Below, in pieces: positions 19,038-28,667 of a stretch of 64,000 bases of DNA. The DNA comes from an uncultured virus (IMG/VR IMGVR_UViG_3300009528_000001) (taxonomy: Duplodnaviria > Heunggongvirae > Uroviricota > Caudoviricetes), in the IMG/VR virus record IMGVR_UViG_3300009528_000001, one strand, 5' to 3'. Below the pieces are notes generated by a model. The model worked only from the letters and a program-made list of their open reading frames with translations, was not told the origin of the DNA and ran no database searches. Position 1 is the stretch's first letter. Each line of letters starts with the position of its first letter. Made by a program: the position numbers and the translations under genes.

Positions 19038-20405
19038 ATGATCCAACAACTTAAAAAATCACACAAGATTCACGTTTGCGGTCACCCCCCCCGCCACCTC
19101 TCCGCCAACGCCGTCCAGCAGTTCGACCCGACGCATACATTGACCCTTCGCAATGCCTTCGCTCGTGACATGAATAAACGGTTTACTGAGCTTCGCGGAA
19201 TAATTCGCCAAGCGATTGTTGATGAGGATGTTTTCGGATTAACGAACCCCCCAACCGTTCTTCAATTATCGACACCCGGGCAAGAGGCATTCGCCTTTAG
19301 CCGATCCGGTCAAAAAGTCAACCAATTCATGTCATGGTTGAAGGAACAAGAGCAATTGGGAATCCTTGAAGTAAACGATTTTGGCTTTGGTATTCAGTTC
19401 GGGCAAGGGATAGAGCCAGCATGGACGGATAAATATATTCAGAGTGGCTACCAAGCCGGGATTAAGCAGGCCCGGCAAGAAATGAGAAAGGCTGGCTTTG
19501 ATGTTCCTACCATAGAAGCCTCCGGTGGAATTGAAGCTGCTTTTAACAACCCCCTTCACATTGACCGGGTTGGTCTTTTGTTCTCCAGGACGTTCAACGA
19601 CCTCAAGGGGATTACCGGGACAATGGATGGGCAAATAAGCCGTATGCTTGCCAAGGGATTAGCGGAAGGGCAAAACCCCAATACAATTGCAAGGTGGTTA
19701 ACAAAGACTATCAGCGGGCCGGTGGGGGATACTCTCGCCATTACTGACACTCTTGGCCGGTTCATCCCTGCCCAGCGCCGGGCAAAGATGCTGGCAAGAA
19801 CAGAAATAATCAGGGCTCATGCCGAAGGAACCCTTCAGGAGTTCAAGAATTTTGGCGTTGCTGGGGTAAAGGTACGTGCCGAATTTGTTACTGCGGGAGA
19901 TGATAGGGTTTGCGCAGAGTGCGAAGCCCTTGAAGCGGAAATTTTTACCATTGAGGAAGCTCGGGGGATAATTCCGGTTCACCCGTCGTGTTTTAAAAAA
20001 TATACTCTTATTAAAGCAGATCAGGGAAATAAATATATTTATGAAATTGAGGAAGGCGATAAAATTTTAACAAGAAAAGGATATAAAAAGGTATTAGAAA
20101 CAAGCAAAAGAAAATATTCTGGTGTGATGATGAAGGTGGGACTGGAATCAGGAGTTGTTATTGATTGTACAGTTGATCACCCTATTTGGAAGGATAATGA
20201 TGGTTTCGTAAGAGCTGATCAATTAAAAAAATATGATAGTCTTTTGAATTTTGGCGGACAACTGATCATGGTTGAACAGGTAGACTTCTTTGATGATATC
20301 ACGGATGTCTATAATCTAACTATCGAAGATCAGCCCGAATTCTACGCAAATGGAATATTGGTTCATAACTGCCGGTGCGCATGGCTCCCGGTTACGGTGA
20401 ATTAG
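19038..20405 (+). CDS. Head morphogenesis protein (SPP1 gp7/MuF) with intein
   Basis: RAKMLARTE, DDRVCAEC and IPVHP[intein]CRC motifs. Confidence 0.9.
   Translation: MIQQLKKSHKIHVCGHPPRHLSANAVQQFDPTHTLTLRNAFARDMNKRFTELRGIIRQAIVDEDVFGLTNPPTVLQLSTPGQEAFAFSRSGQKVNQFMSWLKEQEQLGILEVNDFGFGIQFGQGIEPAWTDKYIQSGYQAGIKQARQEMRKAGFDVPTIEASGGIEAAFNNPLHIDRVGLLFSRTFNDLKGITGTMDGQISRMLAKGLAEGQNPNTIARWLTKTISGPVGDTLAITDTLGRFIPAQRRAKMLARTEIIRAHAEGTLQEFKNFGVAGVKVRAEFVTAGDDRVCAECEALEAEIFTIEEARGIIPVHPSCFKKYTLIKADQGNKYIYEIEEGDKILTRKGYKKVLETSKRKYSGVMMKVGLESGVVIDCTVDHPIWKDNDGFVRADQLKKYDSLLNFGGQLIMVEQVDFFDDITDVYNLTIEDQPEFYANGILVHNCRCAWLPVTVN
19989..20369 (+). mobile_element. Mini-intein (127 aa, no endonuclease)
   Basis: Starts CF, contains block B CTVDHP, ends VYNLTI...FYANGILVHN; Cys at +1. 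Confidence 0.9.
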
Positions 20406-22291
20406 ATGAAGCGACAACTATTTGAATATAAGATTGATTTTGTGACTCGCAGAGTTGTCTTTAAGCCATATTGTTTTAGATGGGTCTTGGCTTATAGATT
20501 AAAAGAGTTTTATTTATGGCTGTTTTTTAAGATTGCAAAGCCGTTTGTATGGTTGGCACAAGACTTGGGGCATATCAAAGAAGGAGAAGACTTCATGTGT
20601 AATTGGTCTGATTATATGAAATTACCCTTTAAACCCTTGAAGCTGGAAAAGAAATGAGGGTGGAAGAAATCAGCGTTCTGCCAAAGACAGATTGGAACAA
20701 GATACGGATAAAAAACAATTTATTCAAACAATCTCTGAGGTGGTCAAAACACCCTCGCAAAGACATCTCTTATATTTAGAAATTAAGAATTGACATAATG
20801 AGTATATTGGCTAACACAGACTGGAATTCAATTTGGGCAGCATCCAGTTTGTCAAAAATGAACACACCCGCTGGAAGGCAGATGAAGCGATTAATTAAAG
20901 CGGCGCAAGATCTTGATAAAGAAAGGCAACTTGAAATAGCATGGGCGCGGGAGCATAATAGGATCAATGAATTAATGAATATGGAGAATAGTAAATAATA
21001 GACCAAGAAATAATCTTTCTAATTTTTATTTTAATCTTAGGCGGGGTATTAAATCACATGATCGCCCCAGACTAATAAGTGGAATAGAATCTTAATGTTC
21101 ATAATGACTGAATATTTCTTCGGTTGCATCGTCGGTGCCGGTGTTATGGCGATTCTGACGATTGTTAATTCTTATTACGAGAGGCGGACGCTTCACCGCC
21201 TGATGGATGAATTAACCAAGGCAATCATGGAAGAGCAAAAAGAATTACATAAGCTAAAACTTGATAAACTAGCCTCTGGTATTGCTGAGGAGATTGTGCA
21301 AAGGTCGAAGAAATAATGGTTGCAGATAATCCCAAATGTTCGCCACCACCACGCATGATAACAAAGAAAGAGTTGGCAATTATCGTCAGTGAAATAGTTG
21401 CTTTGTTGGAATATAGGTCTGCTGATGATATAATTCTTGCGTTAAAGATGACTGAAGAATTCTTGATAAGACATGATAAAACTGGCAAGCCTGTAAAGAG
21501 AGCACGATGAATTTCTTGGAATCAGCAATTAGAAAGAACAAGCGTAATATTAAAAGAATAATGGGGAGCATTGACATTGATGCGCCAACAACGCATTCTT
21601 TTGAAGGTAAAGCATGCCGCCAAGCAATGATGAAGTCAATGAAAGGATACGGTGTGACTTATCAGGAAGCTTTGAACAGAATGACAGAATTAATGAAAAC
21701 TATCGACAAAAATATTTCAATTGATATTCGCAAACTTGACAAATTTAAAGATAACGTTAATTTATAATTATGGTTCCTGACTATCCAGACCATGGGACAA
21801 GGGCGACGGCTGACGATGATACCGGAGAGACTGCTACAACTTTAAATTATTACGATTATCCGGTTTATTCGACCATTTACCAAGATGTTCCAGCCTTTGA
21901 GGTTAAAAAAGAAAAGGTATATTGTTTCTTCCTGGTGGCGCATAAAGGTATTTTACCTAATCCATGCCGGGACATCCGAAATGATGAAGTTCCGTATGGG
22001 TTTGGGTGATGGCGGAAATAATAAAGTGGAATGGAGTGGTAAGCGTGGCGAATATGCGACATGACCCGGATGCAATAGGCCGTATTTAAAAGTAAGCTAG
22101 TTAGAAACAGGGATACCGAAAGGATCTCGTGGGCTTGTTACCCACTCCATTCCACAATATCCGGAATTATAGCGATGACATAATGACGGACTAATAATCC
22201 AAGTCAACCCATAACTACATCGCTAGATTGTAAAAAGGATGATAATTTAGCAACAATTTGACAAAAATATTACTCAAGCGGGCTAGTTTAT

Positions 22292-22498
22292 TTAACTAAA
22301 GAACGGGATTTCAGTTGTTAAGTGCATTAATTCATTATATTGAATTTGACTACGTGCTGCCATGATCTGTTTACCAACAGCATCTATGGCATTCTTGATA
22401 TCCTTTTGAGGGATATCAATTTTTTCACCAGCTAATAATTTACCGGCGATTGTTCCCATTGCATCAATGGCTTGTGTACAGGTTTTGATTTCTGCCAT
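22292..22498 (-). CDS. Small helical protein (paralogue of 50872-51138)
   Basis: DAVGKQIMAARSQIQYN versus NASGKIISSVKLELEYN. Confidence 0.65.
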   Translation of the reverse strand: MAEIKTCTQAIDAMGTIAGKLLAGEKIDIPQKDIKNAIDAVGKQIMAARSQIQYNELMHLTTEIPFFS

Positions 22499-22517
22499 AA
22501 CTCACTCCTTATCGTTG

Positions 22518-23120
22518 TTATGTTGATTGTGAAGATTTCAAAGCCCGCTTGAGTAAAGTATGAATTTCTTTATATTTGATCAAGCGTGGTGGTATTTTAT
22601 TAATAGAAATACCAGTTATTCCTTTTCTAAAATAACATTTTGCCGACGCTAAACAAGGATTTTTATAATATAACAGTTTTTGGTTTTCTTTGCATTTTTC
22701 ACTATTCCTTAATTTCCACAAACTACTATATTTATTGTATCTTTCTCGGTTTAATTGCCTATGTTTTTTAGATGTTTCATAAAGACATTCTTTGCATTCG
22801 TAACTTTTATTATCAATTCTATTTTTATCGTTATGAAAATCATCTAAATCCTTTACTTTTTTACATCTATAACATCTTTTTATGTGATTATTAATTATAA
22901 GGATGCCATCTCTATTATTTATTCTAAATATAAGTCCAAATCTAATCATATATTGAATCATACTTATTATTATTTCAAAAGTTTCTTTTGATCTTTTAAC
23001 GCGTGGATAATTTCTACATTCTTTGCAAATTGTTAATCTTCCGGATTTGTTCATACAGTTTTTATGAAATTCATTCAAACATTTATCCTTGTTACATTTA
23101 TTACAAACCTTAGTTTCCAT
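22518..23120 (-). CDS. CxxC Zn-finger protein (HNH-associated type finger, no nuclease motif seen)
   Basis: Two CxxCxxxK...F...CKEC units; C-terminal IPPRLI. Confidence 0.7.
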   Translation of the reverse strand: METKVCNKCNKDKCLNEFHKNCMNKSGRLTICKECRNYPRVKRSKETFEIIISMIQYMIRFGLIFRINNRDGILIINNHIKRCYRCKKVKDLDDFHNDKNRIDNKSYECKECLYETSKKHRQLNRERYNKYSSLWKLRNSEKCKENQKLLYYKNPCLASAKCYFRKGITGISINKIPPRLIKYKEIHTLLKRALKSSQST

Positions 23121-23161
23121 TTTACCATTACCGTATATACATATTAAACGAACAAATTTTT

Positions 23162-23305
23162 TTAATCTTTATGTTTTTGATACCATATATTCAACAAGTC
23201 CCTGATAATCATAGACATGTTTGTATTAAGTTTTTTAGCTAATTTCTTGTATTGATCAAGAAGTTCTTTATTAATCCGAAGACTGAATTGATTTTTATTA
23301 GGCAT
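23162..23305 (-). CDS. Ribbon-helix-helix regulator, probably leaderless
   Basis: Hand-translated MPNKNQFSLRINKELLDQYKKLAKK...MSMIIRDLL. TTGACA-17-TACAAT (23340-23312) ends 6 nt before the ATG. Confidence 0.7.
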   Translation of the reverse strand: MPNKNQFSLRINKELLDQYKKLAKKLNTNMSMIIRDLLNIWYQKHKD

Positions 23306-24117
23306 GGATATATTGTACTATAGTGTATATACGGTGTCAAGTGTCAATGATTTTGGCAATAATTTGACAAAAATCAAATAAATAGGTATCTTATAGATAA
23401 AGGAATGGACAATAACCTGAAAGAATACTACAAAGAGCAAGATGCCCTGATGAAAAAATACCGGTTATTGCCCAATAAATATACGGGGCAGGTGATCTTA
23501 ATCTTTTTTCCGCTTATAATGATAGCATCAATGCCGGGGTGACCCACAACCGAGAGCTGGAGGGCTCTTATATTAACCTCTCTTGCTCGGGGTGCTCTAT
23601 TGTTAACCACAAACATGACCTGACCGGTAATGGCATGGCCCGGAAAAGAGTTGGCATCCTTCTATGCTAAAAATGACAGAATTTAACCGCAAAGAATGGA
23701 AGAAAAAGATTTCCGCTTTAATAAAACAACATCCAGAACTTGTAAAAATGTCTGGCAAGATTGCTTTATACTTAAATAATGGAGAGACTTGTAAAATAAA
23801 GATTGTGGACAAGGAAATTTAATCAAAACCTTTTCGAAGAGGGCATTATGAGAGACAATGAAGAAACTAGACAAGATGTTAAAAATAGATCGTTATCCGG
23901 GAGGTCTCTTGATAACTTCGATGTAGATATTGCCGATAACAAGATTTACCATGACGATGGAGATGACTTCGATGTGGATATAACTGGCAAGCGAGTTAAC
24001 AATGGTGGGCCCAGAAATAAAGATAAACCTTGGCTAGGCTAATCAAACCATTAGAAGCAGAAACCGAGATAGTGGTTGAGAACATGTAAAAGTTATTTAA
24101 CAATTTAACACCCGGTA

Positions 24118-24213
24118 CCTTTAAGCGCCTTTAATTAGGCCACCTTTAAGCCCGGATCGTAATTGAAGAGTGTAATACTTAAACACTCTTTGAAAGCGTT
24201 CCGGGCTTTTTTT
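24118..24213 (+). promoter_or_regulatory. Structured leader/terminator before the capsid operon
   Basis: Three CCTTTAA; AAGCCCGGA/TCCGGGCTT plus T-run enclosing AAGAGTGT/ACACTCTT. Confidence 0.6.
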
Positions 24214-24230
24214 ATTTGCACATAGGCAAT

Positions 24231-25643
24231 ATGAAACAAAGTTTGATAATAATAAAGCTTGCCGCAAATGGATACACCGCGAGGCAAGAATCACTTAATG
24301 GCAATGATTATTTAGTCGTTCCAACCGCCATGCTTGTCGAAGGTGTCCACGTTGCCAATAACGGAGCTTTATATTATAGCCCTTCGGAGTTTGGCAAAAT
24401 ACCCGAAGCGTGGAATGGTATCCCTGTAACCATCTATCATCCGCAAGATGACGATGGTGAGTTTATTTCTGCAAACTCTCCGGCAGTTTATAAATTTCAG
24501 ACAATAGGTATCATATTCAACACTCATCTAAACGCAGAAAACAAGCTGATGTCTGAATGCTGGATTGACATTGATAAAACAAGTTTGCTGTCTCCGGCTG
24601 TGTTGGAACATGTCAGGGCAGGGAAACCGCTCGAGGTATCAACGGGGGTATTTACCGAGAATGATGGTATTGCCGGTAGTTGGAACGGGGAGGGTTATAC
24701 CTCAACCGCTTATAATTTCAGGCCAGACCACCTGGCTCTATTACCAGGCGGGGAAGGTGCTTGTAGCTGGGATGACGGTTGTGGCATCCGGGCAAACCAA
24801 AAAGGGGACAATGTGGAGCCTAAAGAATTATTAAAAATATTTAAAGATATAAATAAAAAAGGTTTTTCTATTAATCAGATTGGCTTCCAGGAAATATCCG
24901 GGAAGATTCAAACCAAGCTTGACAATATGGACACGGATATCCGAATACATTTTTTAGAAGAAGTATTCGAGACTGATTTTATCTTTGCCGTCCGAATGAA
25001 TTTTCCTGGAGGTGGTGGAACCGAACTTTTCCGCAGGACATATATAGTCAATGCAGATGGAAGCATAGAGTTCACTGGGGAACCAACCCCAGTAATCCGC
25101 AATATAGAATTTGTTGGTGCAAATTCAAAAAAGGAAGGAGTCACAAGCATGAAAGAAAAAGATAAAAAAGAACCGTGTTGCCCGAAGCAGATTAAGTTAA
25201 TCGTTCAGAGCAAGTTGACCCGGTTTGAAGAAAAAGACAAGGAATATCTGGAAACTTTGAGTGAGGAAAGGATTATTCAGTTATTGCCAGTAGAACCCGC
25301 TCCCGCTGCTAATTCAGTTGATAACCGGGATCAGGCCATTCAGGTCTTGCGTGAAGAGCTGAGAGACAAGGATAAGTTTATGGCTTTGTTGTCTCCCGAA
25401 GTACGCGCTCAATACCAACACGGACAGCAATTGGTCGATGACGAACGGATCAAATTAGTCGACCACATCGTTGCAAATTGCAACGACGCATATGATGCTG
25501 AAGCATTGAAACCGATGGGTATCGGTGCGTTAAAAAGGCTTATGAAAGCACTTCCCGCGCCAAGTGATTTTACCGGTTTGGGTGGTGGAATTAATAATCC
25601 AATCACGAATTCGGAAATGCTCCTTCCAGAAGGTGTCGAATAA
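24231..25643 (+). CDS. Prohead protease/scaffold (DUF2213-type)
   Basis: WNGIPVTIYHP, EVSTG and PDHLALLP motifs; helical C-terminus; lies upstream of capsid genes. Confidence 0.82.
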   Translation: MKQSLIIIKLAANGYTARQESLNGNDYLVVPTAMLVEGVHVANNGALYYSPSEFGKIPEAWNGIPVTIYHPQDDDGEFISANSPAVYKFQTIGIIFNTHLNAENKLMSECWIDIDKTSLLSPAVLEHVRAGKPLEVSTGVFTENDGIAGSWNGEGYTSTAYNFRPDHLALLPGGEGACSWDDGCGIRANQKGDNVEPKELLKIFKDINKKGFSINQIGFQEISGKIQTKLDNMDTDIRIHFLEEVFETDFIFAVRMNFPGGGGTELFRRTYIVNADGSIEFTGEPTPVIRNIEFVGANSKKEGVTSMKEKDKKEPCCPKQIKLIVQSKLTRFEEKDKEYLETLSEERIIQLLPVEPAPAANSVDNRDQAIQVLREELRDKDKFMALLSPEVRAQYQHGQQLVDDERIKLVDHIVANCNDAYDAEALKPMGIGALKRLMKALPAPSDFTGLGGGINNPITNSEMLLPEGVE

Positions 25644-25664
25644 GAGAAAGGTAGGTGATTATAC

Positions 25665-26135
25665 GTGGCAAAAAACACTATAAGAGTAAAAAGTTATGTA
25701 GATGTCATGGAGGAAATGAAAGCAACTGCTATCGTCACTCCCGGCATGCTATGTGAGGAAGATCCAGCTGGAACACAAGCGGCGCCTTTTGTTAAACCTC
25801 ACTCAACGGCAGAGGGCAACGCGATGCCCTTGTTTGCAATTGAGGACGAATCACAAGGAAAGGGTATCGACGATAATTATGCGGTTGACGATAAAGTGCA
25901 AGTATGGACCGCAAATCGTGGGGATTGGGTTTATGCATTGCTGGCAAATGGAGAAACAGCCGCCATCAATGATGATTTAGTATCTAATGGCGATGGCTAT
26001 CTTCGCGTTCATGTTCCCGACGATTCCGGCTCCATTCAGACAAATGCTATTGTAGCAAGGGCAAAAGAAGCAGTGGATATGTCTGGTTCGAGTGGGGCAG
26101 ATCCTTCGGGACGTATTTTGGTTGTAGCAGTTTAA
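25665..26135 (+). CDS. Head decoration/cement protein
   Basis: 156-aa beta-rich protein between scaffold and MCP; LVSNGDGYL motif. Confidence 0.7.
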   Translation: MAKNTIRVKSYVDVMEEMKATAIVTPGMLCEEDPAGTQAAPFVKPHSTAEGNAMPLFAIEDESQGKGIDDNYAVDDKVQVWTANRGDWVYALLANGETAAINDDLVSNGDGYLRVHVPDDSGSIQTNAIVARAKEAVDMSGSSGADPSGRILVVAV

Positions 26136-26161
26136 AAAAAGGAAAGCGAGGTGAATTAAAA

Positions 26162-27235
26162 ATGGAAAAAACAAATGTTGATCTTATTGGTAAAAACCAA
26201 GTTGAAGGTGTTCTGGCCAATAGAATGTTGGAAGAGGGATCTCTAAATATAAATGCCATGAGACCGTGGGTGTCCAAGAAAGATTGGCGGCCATATATAA
26301 CGGTATTTACTGGTGGTGATCCTAAAAAGAAAACCAATTATCAAAATCGGCTGGTTACAAACGCAACTCTCCGGAGAGATGAATGGGTTGCCTTAGATGC
26401 GGCCATTCTCGAAGTATCCAGGACGCGTTTAAATGGGATTCAGGACTTGATTGACAAGAACCTGACTTTCGATCTTGGAAATGCCATGGGCACTACAGTA
26501 TTAGAACATCATACTGTATCAGACTCGATGGAGGCTAATCTCACGATGACTGGAGAAACCAGGTCACCAGGAGATGTGCCTAATTTCGAGACTCTTTACA
26601 CTCCCATTCCGATTATCCACGTTGATTATTCAATCAGCAAAAGAAAACTGGAATCAAGCCGTAAATTGGGAAATCCCTTGGACGTTACCAGCGTAAAACA
26701 TGCCACGCGAAAGGTTGCAGAGAAGTTGGAATCAATGTTATTTACAGCAACTTCCTATGTGTTTGGTGGTGGTACTATTTGGAGTTATTTAAATCATCCC
26801 CAGCGCAATACCCGTGCACTTGGTACATCGTGGGCATCGAAAACGCCGTTACAGATAGTAACGCAGGTCATTGACGGGAAACAGGACTTGATTAATGACA
26901 AACATTACGGTCCATATGTTCTTTATATTCCGACTGCATATGAAACTGTACTTGATAAAGACTATGATGCAACCACCCCAGGAAAAACTATTCGACAGAG
27001 GATCTTGGAAATAAACAATATCGATAGCATCAAAGTGGTTGATACGCTTCCCGCCAACACTGTATTGCTTGTCCAAATGACCGAAGATGTCGTGAGGTTA
27101 ATTCGTGGACTTGGTATTCAAAGCATGGAATGGACTACTGAGCCATTTATTGTAAAGCACAAAGTAATGACCATTCAGGTTCCGCAAGTTAGAGCCGATC
27201 AGAATGGGGCCTCCGGTGTGTTGCACATTTCCTAG
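26162..27235 (+). CDS. Major capsid protein (HK97 fold, encapsulin/linocin-like subgroup)
   Basis: NATLRRDEW, PIPIIHVDY and YGPYVLYIP motifs; size and synteny. Confidence 0.88.
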   Translation: MEKTNVDLIGKNQVEGVLANRMLEEGSLNINAMRPWVSKKDWRPYITVFTGGDPKKKTNYQNRLVTNATLRRDEWVALDAAILEVSRTRLNGIQDLIDKNLTFDLGNAMGTTVLEHHTVSDSMEANLTMTGETRSPGDVPNFETLYTPIPIIHVDYSISKRKLESSRKLGNPLDVTSVKHATRKVAEKLESMLFTATSYVFGGGTIWSYLNHPQRNTRALGTSWASKTPLQIVTQVIDGKQDLINDKHYGPYVLYIPTAYETVLDKDYDATTPGKTIRQRILEINNIDSIKVVDTLPANTVLLVQMTEDVVRLIRGLGIQSMEWTTEPFIVKHKVMTIQVPQVRADQNGASGVLHIS

Positions 27236-27277
27236 CCAACTATTTTGCTAATCATGCAAAGATGAGGTTTTTACATA

Positions 27278-27607
27278 ATGGAAGATGAAAAAAGATCAAA
27301 GATTAAATGGGTAAACAAAACCGGCAAGGTGTCTCTGGATAATGGAAAGACTTATAAAAGGGGAGAGCCTTTCCTTGCTCACGAAGAAGAAATCCCAAAA
27401 GGCGCACGTGACGTTATAAAGCCATTAGATGCCATACCAGCACCGGCTCCCTTAGTTCCGGTCATTGGATTTGAAATTGTCCCATCAAAAGACAAACCTG
27501 ATGGCTGGTTTAACGTGATAAACGTCATGTCAAAAAAGCCGATAAACAACAAAGGACTCCGCCAGGAAGAAGCTGAATTAATGCTCTCGAATTTATTGGA
27601 GGGCTAA
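27278..27607 (+). CDS. Hypothetical head-associated protein
   Basis: Directly follows the MCP. Confidence 0.55.
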   Translation: MEDEKRSKIKWVNKTGKVSLDNGKTYKRGEPFLAHEEEIPKGARDVIKPLDAIPAPAPLVPVIGFEIVPSKDKPDGWFNVINVMSKKPINNKGLRQEEAELMLSNLLEG

Positions 27608-27609
27608 AG

Positions 27610-28293
27610 ATGCCAGCGTGGCAAGTCCCAAATTTTTGGCAAGGTGAAACGTGCTGGATAATAGGGGGGGGGCATTCAGTTCCCCGTCAATTTGACGTTC
27701 CAGAGAATATTATTCATAGTGTAATGAATAATGAATTGCCGCTATCTGCTTATTCTCCATACCTTTCCCAGCTTCACGGTCAACGCATAATTGGTATCAA
27801 TAACGCCTATTCCATGGGAGAATGGATAGACATTGTTTTTTTTGGTGATTGCCCATGGTATACAATCCACCGCTCCGCTCTGGCTACATTCCCAGGACTT
27901 AAAGTATCTTGCTGCCCCCGGTTCGTCAATAAGAAAAAAGAAAACTTCGTCAAGGGACTAAAAAAAAATCCTGACAGACGTTTCGGAATTACTCAAAACA
28001 AAACTAAGGTTTCTTGGAATGGCAACAGTGGGAGTGCCGCGATCAACCTTGCTGTGCATTTAGGCGTAAAAAAGATTATTTTGTTGGGATTTGATATGTG
28101 CCCCGGAGAAGATGGGAATACTCATTTTCATAGTTTTCATGGCAAAACTAAAAAGGCCACCCTTGCTCGGCATTTAAGAGGATTCCCGCAGATTGCGAAA
28201 GATGCCAAAGAACTTGGGATTGAGATCATTAACGCCAGTCCCGATAGTGCGATTAAGGAATTTCTGAAAGTTAGCGTAAAGGATTTATTGTGA
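27610..28293 (+). CDS. MptE/DUF115 (Maf-like) nucleotide/glycosyl-transferase fold protein
   Basis: IIGGGHS, IIGINNA, NSGSAAINLAVHLGVKKIILLGFD and IINAS motifs. Confidence 0.75.
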   Translation: MPAWQVPNFWQGETCWIIGGGHSVPRQFDVPENIIHSVMNNELPLSAYSPYLSQLHGQRIIGINNAYSMGEWIDIVFFGDCPWYTIHRSALATFPGLKVSCCPRFVNKKKENFVKGLKKNPDRRFGITQNKTKVSWNGNSGSAAINLAVHLGVKKIILLGFDMCPGEDGNTHFHSFHGKTKKATLARHLRGFPQIAKDAKELGIEIINASPDSAIKEFLKVSVKDLL

Positions 28294-28667
28294 AAGACAA
28301 AAAATATGGCGCTGAATTAATACTCGATTTACATAATTGTGACCCTTCTACATTCAGAAGATCGGTTATAGAAGAATTCATGACAAAATGCTGTGAAATT
28401 ATGGAAGTTGAGCAATGCGCTCTTTATTTCTGGGATGATGTTGGTATTCCTGAAGATGAAAAACAAACTGACCCCAAAACAAAAGGAACGACGGCTGTAC
28501 AATTCCTTCTTCAGAGCAACATAACTATACACACCCTTGATATGTTGGATAAAGTTTTTATTAATCTATTTTCTTGCAAGAAATTTAACACTAAAAACTT
28601 GAGTTACTTGGCTGTAGAGACATTTAAGGGGAAGATCGTTAATCATTACTTATTGGATAGATTATGA
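28290..28667 (+). CDS. S-adenosylmethionine decarboxylase-like proenzyme
   Basis: YGAELILDLHNC, GTTAVQFLLQSNITIHT and FINLFSCK. Self-cleavage Ser present as QSN rather than ESH. Confidence 0.8.
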   Translation: MKDKKYGAELILDLHNCDPSTFRRSVIEEFMTKCCEIMEVEQCALYFWDDVGIPEDEKQTDPKTKGTTAVQFLLQSNITIHTLDMLDKVFINLFSCKKFNTKNLSYLAVETFKGKIVNHYLLDRL

